Under the pieces are notes generated by a model. That model made no database searches, was not told the origin of the DNA, and worked only from the letters and a program-made list of their open reading frames with translations. The translations under genes and the position numbers were made by a program. Source: a virus (lineage: Duplodnaviria > Caudoviricetes). Taken from it: 36,495 bases of DNA. Below, one piece after another: positions 17,527 through 26,386 of the stretch. Each line of letters opens with the position of its first letter. Position 1 is the first letter of the stretch. The stretch spans positions 1 through 36,495 of IMG/VR virus record IMGVR_UViG_3300042261_000330; one strand, written 5' to 3'.

Positions 17527-18369
17527 TTATATAGCACTCTCAGCTGCATAGGTCAATTTAGCCGATACAAGTTCAAGAGGCTTAACAACTTTAGCTCCAA
17601 AGATATGTAGTCCTCTAACATGAGTAGCAAACGCTGTTTCGCTTCTCAATGACTCGGATTTCATTAATGCTTCTGCAAATACAATCGAATTATAGGACCC
17701 GCCCATAATGTGAGATACTGGAGTTGATGCGCTCTCATAAACTTGGTTAGTTACGAATGTGTCAAACCCAAGAACCTTCGCCCACATCATGCCCCCTTTG
17801 CCATTTATACCTTCATTGATACTGAACTTGATACCTGCAAGTTCAAGTTTTAATTGTACCCATGGAGGAAGTACAAGCCACATATCATTTTCAGGGACAT
17901 TATTTTCAGCTAGTTTCTGCTTCATTAAGCCAATGTCTGAAAGTATTGTCGCTGTGTCACAAGTATCGTCATCAGCTATGCTATTCCCAGCTTGTGAATA
18001 TAATTGCATAATATAACTGTCGCAAGTCCTCCTTAAAGCGTAGCCCGCTCTTTCAGCCTGTGAGCCTTTAAGGTCTACATTTGCCATTGCTTCCTCAACA
18101 TCTGTTACATCAAAACCATAGTAATTCTGCTGATCTATCAGCAACGATATTGTTCCTGCTTTCAACGTTTCATAAGATATTGTGCCTGCGTAAGCTGATA
18201 CTGCTGGGTCTGCAAGTCCGTTAAAATGAATTACATCTCCTGCTTTTTTTACTTTGTTTGAGTAATTTCTACAAATTTTCTTTGCTATAAGGTTGTCCTC
18301 TAATGTTCTATAAACCGCTGCATCCCATATTTCAGGAATAAAAGCATCTGCATTTACGTTTGCTGCCAT
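17527..18369 (-). CDS. Major capsid protein (P22 gp5-like family)
   Basis: FIPEIWDA N-terminus, GDVIHF, LLIDQQNYYGF, VRGLHIFGAKVVKP C-terminus; follows scaffold. Confidence 0.88.
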   Translation of the reverse strand: MAANVNADAFIPEIWDAAVYRTLEDNLIAKKICRNYSNKVKKAGDVIHFNGLADPAVSAYAGTISYETLKAGTISLLIDQQNYYGFDVTDVEEAMANVDLKGSQAERAGYALRRTCDSYIMQLYSQAGNSIADDDTCDTATILSDIGLMKQKLAENNVPENDMWLVLPPWVQLKLELAGIKFSINEGINGKGGMMWAKVLGFDTFVTNQVYESASTPVSHIMGGSYNSIVFAEALMKSESLRSETAFATHVRGLHIFGAKVVKPLELVSAKLTYAAESAI

Positions 18370-18405
18370 AATTTAATCATCCTTTCTTATTCTAAAAAAA
18401 TACCG

Positions 18406-19176
18406 CTACCATTTGGAGCGGCTTACTGCGATCTTTGATAGATTTTTTATTATCCATTGTCTGTCATTTCTTTTTAACTCAAATGTTTCTTTTGATATAA
18501 AGCCATCCTCTGAAGCGGCTTCTGTTCCAACCTTACCCATACTAGTCTGAGCGTTTTCCGCATTAGCCTTTTGTTTAGTGGCTTCTATCCTGCTTTGTTT
18601 CAAAGCATATTCAGCGTAGGCATACCTTAATGGAATCCCTGCCTCATTCGCTTTCCATACTTCTTCAGGAATTTCACTAGGTTTAACATCAGGGAAGTTG
18701 TCGATAAACTCTTTGAACTCAACTCTCTGCTTTTCAGCTTTAGCTTGTTCAGTTTCCCTTGCCTTGCGTTCCTCCCGTTCCTTCCGACTCTCCAAAATCT
18801 CTTTTGCTATTTCTTCAGGAATGTTTTGATTAGCAAGTCTTTCTAATTCCCTTGCTTCCTGTTCGGCTTTCAACGCTGCTTGATATTCGGCATAAGTCCT
18901 AATTCCATGACTCTCGCCAAACATTTCTGCTATAACCGCATCTCTAGCCTTTTCTGTTGCTTTGGCCTCTGCTTCTCTGCGGATAGCCGCATACTTGGCA
19001 TTGTCCTCTGCGCTTTGAACTGGCTTAGTCTGTTGTTCTTGTGGGTTCGTGACTTCCACATTTTCACTTGAAGAAACAACTTCTGTTGCCTGTTCGTTTG
19101 TGTCTACCTCTGTTGCTTGTGGTTCAACGTTCACCACTGGTTCAACGCTACTTGAACTTTCAATAATTTCTGACAT
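18406..19176 (-). CDS. Capsid scaffolding protein
   Basis: Acidic disordered N-terminus, QSAEDNAKYAAIRREAE coiled coil; between portal and capsid. Confidence 0.75.
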   Translation of the reverse strand: MSEIIESSSSVEPVVNVEPQATEVDTNEQATEVVSSSENVEVTNPQEQQTKPVQSAEDNAKYAAIRREAEAKATEKARDAVIAEMFGESHGIRTYAEYQAALKAEQEARELERLANQNIPEEIAKEILESRKEREERKARETEQAKAEKQRVEFKEFIDNFPDVKPSEIPEEVWKANEAGIPLRYAYAEYALKQSRIEATKQKANAENAQTSMGKVGTEAASEDGFISKETFELKRNDRQWIIKNLSKIAVSRSKW

Positions 19177-19236
19177 AAAATATCCCCCTTGCAGTTTTGC
19201 GCTTTCTGCTTGCGAATTTTGTAATAAAAAAAGCAG

Positions 19237-20997
19237 CTACATTTCTGTAACTGCTTGATTATTTAATTGTTGTGGCTCTTGCAATATCATTTCCTTAACC
19301 GCTTGTTCCATCTGTTCAGGTGGCATTGACCTTATTTGCTCTTGCATTTCAGGCGGCAAGCCCTCGACATAGTCGGCAAGCATCTTAACCATGACTTGTC
19401 CGTCCATGTCATTCCCTGCAATCTCTTGTAATAATTTGTCCTTCATGGGTATTACACCATTAGGCAATCTTTCAAGATACTGTGCGAAGTTTATATGTTT
19501 ATTCATAAGCAAATTATCCATTGTCTGTATCGAAGTTATCTCGCTCCAGTGTGACGAAGCACCAATGTCAACCTTTACCCGCCATTGCAAATCCCTGTAT
19601 TCATTCCCGTTGAAGGTGAATGTTTTGGTTATGCCATTATCGGTATAAGTCAAAGTCCTGTCAATGTTATACTTATTAATAAAGAAGTCCATCCATATCC
19701 TTGCCTTATCCTCTATAAACCGCCAAAACCGCCTTGAAATAGACTTCAATGGTATAGCCGAAGCCTTTTGAAGCACTACTAATGCCGAAGTATTGTCCAT
19801 GTTTAATTCACCCATAGCGGCATCTGTGGCAGCAACCATTTCTTTAGTCTTATCAATCAGCAAGTTTACTACTTGGTATATGTCGGAGGATAGCTGACCG
19901 GGAGTAATATATCCAACACAATCCTTAATATTGCCACCCTGTACCCCTATTTGACCACCTATGATATTTGAAGGTGGCGCAACTCTTGTAGCATCATACA
20001 CCATCTTTGGTATGGATATATGCTGAACCGCCATTATTATCATAGCCACTAGTTTATTTATAGCTATTTGGTTAGGTATCAGCCCCGTTACCTCACTAAC
20101 ACCATGACAGCAATTCTTCTGCAATGCCCAATTCATAAGGGCTACGGGGTATAGCGACAATTTGCTATCAACATCACCCTTAGTTATCTTTGCATATCTA
20201 GTGCACTTGTTGAATACTACATGGGCTTGCCCTGCGTTTATATGCCCTGCTGGATATTCTTCTTTCCACATGGTCAATAAGCATATAGCCTTGTTTGACT
20301 TGCTTAATTCAACCTTAGACATTTCCCCTGCTTGATTTTCGGTTTCTTCATCAGATACAATCTTGTCAATTTCTTCCTTAGACACACCATTTGCTTTAGC
20401 TTCCTTTTTCAAGTCCTCAACCATCTGCCTAAAAGCTATCTGTATCTTGACTTGTGATTGCACATCGGGGTCATTTGGATTAGCGGGGAAGTAATTTACA
20501 TTGTCAATTATCATCGACTTAATTTGGCCTTTTACCCCATCCCCTGCATCTACTGAGGCATCCCAGTAAAAATACTCAATGCCATCCCCTGAAAGAGCCG
20601 CATCAAGTAAAGCCTGTTCGTTTCTACTGTCTTCCTGCAAGTTCTCCCATAATGTCATAGCATAAGCGGACAGCTTCTTTGACACTTCCCTTAATAATTC
20701 TTTATCAGGCGAATAGTCTGTATCGTCAATACCATCAATAGAATAGTTGATTTTAATATCATCACCCATTACAGTATTGACTTTATGATCTACTATTCTT
20801 GGGATAAGCGGTAATACTGGAGTTGGAAGGTTTCCTGCCTGTACCCCTAGCCACATCTTCTTCTGATAAAAATTACTGTTCTTGTCTACATCAGCATATA
20901 AGCCTATACGCCTTTTGAAGTCTATCCCTTCTTGGTAATCTTTCCATACTTGAAGTTCCTCATAATTATATTTCAAATTGATACCTCCTTTGGACAA
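19237..20997 (-). CDS. Portal protein (P22-like)
   Basis: ~580 aa after terL; DAALSGDGIEYFYWD, GVSEVTGLIPNQIAINK, VKVDIGASS motifs; true start may be TTG 20976. Confidence 0.85.
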   Translation of the reverse strand: MSKGGINLKYNYEELQVWKDYQEGIDFKRRIGLYADVDKNSNFYQKKMWLGVQAGNLPTPVLPLIPRIVDHKVNTVMGDDIKINYSIDGIDDTDYSPDKELLREVSKKLSAYAMTLWENLQEDSRNEQALLDAALSGDGIEYFYWDASVDAGDGVKGQIKSMIIDNVNYFPANPNDPDVQSQVKIQIAFRQMVEDLKKEAKANGVSKEEIDKIVSDEETENQAGEMSKVELSKSNKAICLLTMWKEEYPAGHINAGQAHVVFNKCTRYAKITKGDVDSKLSLYPVALMNWALQKNCCHGVSEVTGLIPNQIAINKLVAMIIMAVQHISIPKMVYDATRVAPPSNIIGGQIGVQGGNIKDCVGYITPGQLSSDIYQVVNLLIDKTKEMVAATDAAMGELNMDNTSALVVLQKASAIPLKSISRRFWRFIEDKARIWMDFFINKYNIDRTLTYTDNGITKTFTFNGNEYRDLQWRVKVDIGASSHWSEITSIQTMDNLLMNKHINFAQYLERLPNGVIPMKDKLLQEIAGNDMDGQVMVKMLADYVEGLPPEMQEQIRSMPPEQMEQAVKEMILQEPQQLNNQAVTEM

Positions 20998-21008
20998 TAA
21001 AAAAAGAC

Positions 21009-21266
21009 TTATTCAGTCTCAATTTCCTTTTGTGTTTCCCCTGTATAGCTTAACAAGTTCTCTAAATATTGCGCTGTCCTTGCTTCTTGTTCCTTAGTTA
21101 CTTTTGCCGTTTTAACCTCACTTATGACCTCTACGGGCGTTTTAATTGGTTCAATGGGTTTATTATCCTTTAAGGCTAAACCATCCTTTAAACCTCTCCT
21201 GTAAAGCCACAAGCCCAAGTAGGTAAAGCCTACCGATACAGTGGCACTTAGTATTAGTTCTAGCAT
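21009..21266 (-). CDS. Small membrane protein
   Basis: N-terminal TM segment then YRRGLKDG; ATG 21266 behind AGGAGG. Confidence 0.6.
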   Translation of the reverse strand: MLELILSATVSVGFTYLGLWLYRRGLKDGLALKDNKPIEPIKTPVEVISEVKTAKVTKEQEARTAQYLENLLSYTGETQKEIETE

Positions 21267-21276
21267 CTCATACCTC

Positions 21277-22899
21277 CTACATCCCATAATTTATAAAACT
21301 GTCTGATATACTTGCCTCGTATGGATTTTCAGGCTTCTTGTATATGCCGAAATCATCCCTTGCTTGCGCGACTTGTGGTGGAGCCGCTAATTGGTACATT
21401 AGCCAGTTCAAGGCTTGACTAAGGCTGTCGACCTCATCATCTCTTTGTACCTTTTTATCAGGTTTAAAAGAGGCACACTGTTCAATTATGTCTGCTGCCC
21501 ATTGGCAAGTTTCATATACCCCAGGCGATATTTCTATCTTATCAGGGATATAAACATTGCCCGCCTCAAATAGTGGCAATACTACACTCACTCTTTCAGC
21601 CTTGCTCTTTGTACCAGGATTTACAGGAATCAACCCATGTACCTTGCCTTGTGTCCGCATCATTTGAATTGCGGCTGGCCCATTTGCTTTATCCTCAATC
21701 AGCTTTGCCACCGCATCAGGATATTTGTCCGCCCAATCTTGTATGCCCTTTATGGTCTTGACTATATCCATTCTGCCGCCGTTATGGTCTAGTATATAAT
21801 AATTAGCACCTAACTTGCCCCATAATTGCCCTGCAACTGGGTCTGATGTATCTTTTAGTGAGCAATCCCATGATTGGCATTTTACAGGAAAGAAGCCTGT
21901 CCTTTGCATTTCTAGGGTTAATGTAAACCTTTTCCAATACTCACGCTTAATCATATTACCTTCTATTGAAGATGGTCTTTGCTGCATTAGTGCGTTCCAT
22001 GCTCTTAAGCCACCTTCTGTGGGGTCTGATAAGAACACCGCTTTCTTCTTCGCTACCCAAGCATTATCTTTGCCGCACTCTGGCAATAAAGCATCCCCGA
22101 CTTGCCTACCTGTAATCGGCTCATATTCTTCTGCTTCCAATGGGAATGATATTTTAAACCACCTATCAGGCTGAGTATCATGCAAATAACCAATTAAATC
22201 ATCCTCGTTCCACCTTGTATGAATAACTACAAATCTACACTTAGCCGAAGCCCTCATTTCGACAACGTTCATAAATTCTTCTATAACAAATTTGTTATAT
22301 GTTGGTGAGTCAGCATCTTGCCTGTTCTTGTATGGATCGTCTGTTATAATTAAATCAGCAGCAAATCCCGATATTCCAGCCCCTAAACCCTTAGATAGCA
22401 TACCACCCTTTGTTCCCTCTAACTCAAAGTCCACGACTGAATTCTTTTGTGCTGAAATCTGTATTCCAAATAAAGGCTTGCCCACTTCTTCTATCTTCTC
22501 TTTATTCCTTCTACCAAACTTCTGTGCCAAGTCATCACCATAGCTTATCTCTATTACATGGTCATACGGATTTTTACCCAAATAATAAGATGGCAATGTT
22601 TCTGTCACGCACATACTCTTGCCATGCTGTGGGGGCACTTCAATCGTTATTCCCTCATACGGCACACCTTTATCATTTATTAACTCACCCTTCAAAAACT
22701 TATCTATCGTATTACATATATAACCCTGAAACTTACCTAAGTTATATCTTGCCCCATGCGTAAACTCTACATAGGCAGCATAATTATCTCGTGCTAGTTT
22801 AGGAAGCTCCTGCAAGTGCCTCATTCGTTCAAGTAGTCTTTTTTGCTCTAGTAATTTATCCTTGTCCAAACTATCACCCACCATTACAATTTGTGCCAT
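21277..22899 (-). CDS. terL: Terminase large subunit
   Basis: Walker A PPQHGKS, Walker B LIITDD, TRWNEDD, nuclease QSWD, IEDKANG, DDEVDS. Confidence 0.95.
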   Translation of the reverse strand: MAQIVMVGDSLDKDKLLEQKRLLERMRHLQELPKLARDNYAAYVEFTHGARYNLGKFQGYICNTIDKFLKGELINDKGVPYEGITIEVPPQHGKSMCVTETLPSYYLGKNPYDHVIEISYGDDLAQKFGRRNKEKIEEVGKPLFGIQISAQKNSVVDFELEGTKGGMLSKGLGAGISGFAADLIITDDPYKNRQDADSPTYNKFVIEEFMNVVEMRASAKCRFVVIHTRWNEDDLIGYLHDTQPDRWFKISFPLEAEEYEPITGRQVGDALLPECGKDNAWVAKKKAVFLSDPTEGGLRAWNALMQQRPSSIEGNMIKREYWKRFTLTLEMQRTGFFPVKCQSWDCSLKDTSDPVAGQLWGKLGANYYILDHNGGRMDIVKTIKGIQDWADKYPDAVAKLIEDKANGPAAIQMMRTQGKVHGLIPVNPGTKSKAERVSVVLPLFEAGNVYIPDKIEISPGVYETCQWAADIIEQCASFKPDKKVQRDDEVDSLSQALNWLMYQLAAPPQVAQARDDFGIYKKPENPYEASISDSFINYGM

Positions 22900-23212
22900 T
22901 TGCTAACTTGTAAATTATTTTAGCTGTCTTTTCTATTGCTCTTTCGTGCTGTCTGCAACAATATGTTTTTATTTCTTCATTTTCGCATTGTTCAGCAAAT
23001 ATATCGTAAGCATCCCTAAAAACCAAATGAAGTAGCTCATGTATTAACGCCTTTTCCTTTTCAACTTCACTTAACTCCTTCTTGATTTTAATTATAGCTT
23101 TATAGTCATTATATATAGTCTTTGTCATAGCTTCGCTTTCGAGGGTAGGTTCTTCTATGACATCTATATCCCAATCATTTAATTTTAAAATATTTATATA
23201 TTTTGTTATCAC
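22874..23212 (-). CDS. Small HExxH zinc-metallopeptidase-like protein
   Basis: ALIHELLH followed by HERAIE; probable GTG start at 23212 overlapping the upstream stop. Confidence 0.65.
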   Translation of the reverse strand: MITKYINILKLNDWDIDVIEEPTLESEAMTKTIYNDYKAIIKIKKELSEVEKEKALIHELLHLVFRDAYDIFAEQCENEEIKTYCCRQHERAIEKTAKIIYKLANGTNCNGG

Positions 23213-23733
23213 TTCATATCCCCCCACTTTTTGCCTCCACACACTCTCACTTTGTAGTTTTTAAACATAGTCTTTAACACCTTGTTTATCATGTTGCCTT
23301 TACAAAATATCCATGGGTTTACGAAATACTGTCTATTCTTGCTATTCTTGCCCCTATACAAAATATCCTTAGCAACAAGACTATCTATGGTTGAATAAAC
23401 TAAACTCCTTGATAAACCTGTTATAAATACCAAATCTTCTGTACCTACATCAACACCATTTATCTGTAAATGGCAATCATCATATGAAACATAAGGCACT
23501 ATTGAAAATAAAAAAGCCTTTTCTGATTGGCTTAATTCCGACATCCAAAGGTGTATCTCTGGTATATTCATCTTCATAAAGTTAGTTAAATCCCACTTTA
23601 AACACTCTTTGGCGTCAGCATTGCTCTTTCTCTTTAAATAATCAATCGATTGCTTCCTTACAACTCTATCACCATCATTTATGCTGTCTATTATCTCACC
23701 TGTTTCAACTGATATAATTCGTGCTTTTATCAT
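23209..23733 (-). CDS. RepL-like winged-helix protein
   Basis: ETGEI N-terminus, FMKMN, HTH (ITGLSRSLVYSTIDSLVAKDIL) and YFVNPWIFCKG as in Firmicutes RepL-family proteins. Confidence 0.7.
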   Translation of the reverse strand: MIKARIISVETGEIIDSINDGDRVVRKQSIDYLKRKSNADAKECLKWDLTNFMKMNIPEIHLWMSELSQSEKAFLFSIVPYVSYDDCHLQINGVDVGTEDLVFITGLSRSLVYSTIDSLVAKDILYRGKNSKNRQYFVNPWIFCKGNMINKVLKTMFKNYKVRVCGGKKWGDMK

Positions 23734-23746
23734 AAAATGTACCTCA

Positions 23747-23802
23747 CATATACTAAAATCTGGACATATCAGGGGGGTTCATATACTAAAATCTGGACAT
23801 AT
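23747..23802. repeat. Perfect 23-bp direct repeat CATATACTAAAATCTGGACATAT x2
   Basis: Copies at 23747-23769 and 23780-23802, 10-bp spacer, directly upstream of the RepL-like RBS. Confidence 0.95.
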
Positions 23803-23881
23803 GAAATCTTGTAACACTACTCAATACTACATTACAAGATTTTGTCCCCTCTTAGTCTTAATTGGTGTCAGCAAACTATCT

Positions 23882-24010
23882 TTTTAGTAGGTAAAGATTT
23901 GCACTTTGCATGGCTGCCAAGCTCTCAACCTAGCGAGTTTTATGCGACTTCTCTGTCGGTTCTCCTACGTTTCCGCACGATAGCGTTTACCTATTCCGCC
24001 ACTACTAAAA
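23882..24010 (-). ncRNA. tRNA-like structured RNA with expanded central domain
   Basis: TTTTAGTAG/CTACTAAAA terminal stem, TG, D-arm GCGGAATAGGTAAACGC, T-arm GCAAAG-TGCAAAT-CTTTAC, 73-nt multi-hairpin insert. Confidence 0.65.
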
Positions 24011-24184
24011 CATTGTTATTTATTGGAAGAAGTTATTTTTGATTTGAAAATTTTGTAGATTGGGGAAGGGTAGTATATATACCACATAGGCGTACCCAAT
24101 GGGAGCATACCCCCCACTTATTACCCCTCTCTCATCAACATTGTTAAGCCTTTAACATTCAACAAAATAAATATTTTGCAGACA

Positions 24185-24721
24185 TCATTCTACATCAATG
24201 ACCTCTAATGTAGTAGTGGTGCTGCCTTCAAGCCTTTTTAACTGTTCTTCTATTTGTTGAATTTGGGAGTTTATTTGGGGTAATTGGAAATTATTTTGAA
24301 TTAAAGTAAGATTTCCGCCTTCCATTTTGGCTGATTTGTAATTATCATCATTATTTCTAAGATACAAATCTGCTGCATTAACATCAGGAGGAGTATATAT
24401 CTGACTCTTTAAAACTACCTTGTTGCCATCTCTGTCCAGCTTCTCTTGCTTGACTTCGGCTATCTCACCGCAAGCCTTAGCGAACATTCGGTTCATTACA
24501 AGGCAATTGCGCTCATTTCGTGCGCGTGTGTAGACTTGAATTATTTCGTCATGTTGCTTCTTATATTCAATCAAAGTTCCATGTGTAATCCCCAATTCAT
24601 CCGCTATACTATACTCTGTCCTACCTTCGCAAAGCCACTTATAAACATCTTCAAGCCTCGGCAATACATGGGTATAATATTTACTTCCAACTATATTTTT
24701 TGGCGTTGCTACTGCATTCAT
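24185..24721 (-). CDS. terS: Terminase small subunit
   Basis: GRTEYSIADELGI HTH, MFAKACG, YTPPDVNAADLYLRN motif; upstream of terL. Confidence 0.75.
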   Translation of the reverse strand: MNAVATPKNIVGSKYYTHVLPRLEDVYKWLCEGRTEYSIADELGITHGTLIEYKKQHDEIIQVYTRARNERNCLVMNRMFAKACGEIAEVKQEKLDRDGNKVVLKSQIYTPPDVNAADLYLRNNDDNYKSAKMEGGNLTLIQNNFQLPQINSQIQQIEEQLKRLEGSTTTTLEVIDVE

Positions 24722-24743
24722 TGCCTCACCTTCTTTTATTTAT

Positions 24744-24857
24744 TTAATCATCAATCAATTCCGATGCGAAATAAGTTCTTCCGCAATTACAACACTTCCA
24801 CCGGGTAATATATTCTTGTTCCAGTATCGCTCCGCATTCCTTGCACTTACACTCCAT
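24744..24857 (-). CDS. 37-aa zinc-ribbon microprotein; not in ORF track
   Basis: MECKCKECGAILEQEYITRWKCCNCGRTYFASELIDD; two CxxC pairs. Confidence 0.55.
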   Translation of the reverse strand: MECKCKECGAILEQEYITRWKCCNCGRTYFASELIDD

Positions 24858-25020
24858 CTAACTCACGCTCCAATTTATATAGCCGCTCACAATGATTGCA
24901 TTTGGTGTGATGCTTGCGTTCGTTTATAATAGATATAAGCTGTGCTTTACAAGTAGATTTAATCTCCTTGACACAATCCTTACATAATATAGCCCTTGCG
25001 ATAAATTTAACTTGATCCAT
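24847..25020 (-). CDS. 57-aa CxxC/CxxC protein; not in ORF track
   Basis: RBS AAGGAG; MDQVKFIARAILCKDC...KCNHCERLYK. Confidence 0.6.
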   Translation of the reverse strand: MDQVKFIARAILCKDCVKEIKSTCKAQLISIINERKHHTKCNHCERLYKLERELDGV

Positions 25021-25188
25021 GTCTACTCCTTAACATAGTTTAGCCCTGGCAATGGCCAAGGCTGCTATGTAAACAAATATTATATTGGAGGTTGAGAAAA
25101 GCAAATAAAAAAAGCGCTTGCTATCGGCAAAACGCTTATATTGCTATGCTAACACAAGTTTTGTTTATTTTTGTATAATTCAAAATAT

Positions 25189-25216
25189 TGCGAAATAATG
25201 CGAAATCGTGTGAAAA
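25189..25216. promoter_or_regulatory. 10-bp-periodic direct repeats, candidate late-activator binding site
   Basis: TGCGAAAT, TGCGAAAT, TGTGAAAA at 25189, 25199, 25209 upstream of the late (terS) operon. Confidence 0.4.
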
Positions 25217-25283
25217 TAATATGCTATATTGAGATAATCAATTATAATTCGTCTGTTTGGCGTTATTCTGTCTTAAATCTGCG

Positions 25284-25319
25284 TTGAATGTGTTTTACTA
25301 TGGTGATACAATAATATCA
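25284..25319 (+). promoter_or_regulatory. sigmaA promoter with overlapping inverted repeat for the plus-strand cassette
   Basis: TTGAAT, 17 bp, TG-extended TACAAT (25307-25312); TGATA-N6-TATCA at 25304-25319. Confidence 0.7.
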
Positions 25320-25376
25320 TCGAAAGTGAAACACCGACAGCTGACAAAGGGCAGCGGGTGATATTGGAGGTAAATT

Positions 25377-26062
25377 ATGAGAAAAATGTATTTAGGAGAA
25401 ACGCTAGGTACTGATAGCAAGTTGTTTGTTCAAGAGCTAACCGAATATGCTGATTTTTCAAACGTGGCAGCATTCAAGATTTCAGAGGAAACAGCAAAGG
25501 CAATTGCAAAAAAACAGATTTTTGGGTGAAACTTGACAACTACAGGAACACAATAGATGAAGAAGCAAACAGAAACTCACCAGCTTTCAACGATTTTTTG
25601 CAAAGCATCGGCATTGATGACAAGGCAACTCTTTTAGATGATGAGCCAAGAGCAGATGAAACTTGGTATTGCTGCCCTGAATGGAAGGAAATAGGACAGG
25701 TTATGGGGTGCGAAACCCTGTACAAGTATGAGTACTGGGACGGAAATTGGCGTTCCAAATACCTTGACAGCTTCGAGGAAGTAACATTTGAAAGTAAATC
25801 AGTTGACCTGGACGAATGTGAGGACATGTACAACAACACCACACGCACAACAGGCGGCACTGGACACCATGCGGAAATATACAAAATATTAACGCTTGAT
25901 GGCATGGTTCCCGATAACACTTTGTACTTGCTAGTTGAAACTACCCAGTGGCAAGGTGAGATTGATAGGGCAAATTACTATACGTTGGAAGAATTGCCCG
26001 ATGCAATGGCAGAACTGAATCGTAAATTTGAAGATTACAAAGATGAAATCCTTACCCTTTAA
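25377..26062 (+). CDS. Acidic hypothetical protein, apparently frameshifted at an A7 run (25508-25514)
   Basis: Strong RBS and ATG at 25377; frame stops at 25529, but one more A joins it to the 25526-26062 ORF, which has no RBS of its own. Confidence 0.65.
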
Positions 26063-26132
26063 GAAACATAAACGCCCGCTGGAGCGAATCCAGCCCAAGC
26101 CGCAAGGCTAAATAAATATTGGAGGTAGAAGG

Positions 26133-26270
26133 ATGAGGAAGATAAACAAAAGCAATTTAACTTTTTGGAAATGTGATCCGTATGACTTATTTGACATATA
26201 TGGAGAATATCAAAAGACATTCTTTATGTATAAGGGCAATAAATATATCGGTTACGCTTTGTTTAAGTAA
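26133..26270 (+). CDS. 45-aa aromatic-rich hypothetical protein; not in ORF track
   Basis: RBS GGAGG; MRKINKSNLTFWKCDPYDLFDIYGEYQKTFFMYKGNKYIGYALFK. Confidence 0.65.
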   Translation: MRKINKSNLTFWKCDPYDLFDIYGEYQKTFFMYKGNKYIGYALFK

Positions 26271-26386
26271 AGACCGCTCCGTATAGCTTGGCGGCACTCG
26301 GAACGGTCTTGGAAACACAATAACCATTACGGCAATGTGTGACTATATTTTAGCACATTGCCTCATAAAAAGAAAGGGGCAAATTT

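Noticed and set aside
3375-22763. Many plus-strand ORFs in the track opposite structural genes (e.g. 3375-3839, 7095-7568, 9995-10450, 21815-22174)
   Set aside because: Antisense shadows of well-supported minus-strand genes, with no recognisable motifs.
21277-22899. Intein or intron in terL
   Set aside because: Length and motif spacing are normal, with no splicing motifs seen.
23747-23802. 23-bp repeat pair as a minimal CRISPR array
   Set aside because: Spacer is only 10 bp, the repeat is not CRISPR-like and no cas genes are present.
24040-24130. G/C-run region after terS as the pac/cos site
   Set aside because: Position is suggestive but no diagnostic sequence; read-terminus analysis would be needed.
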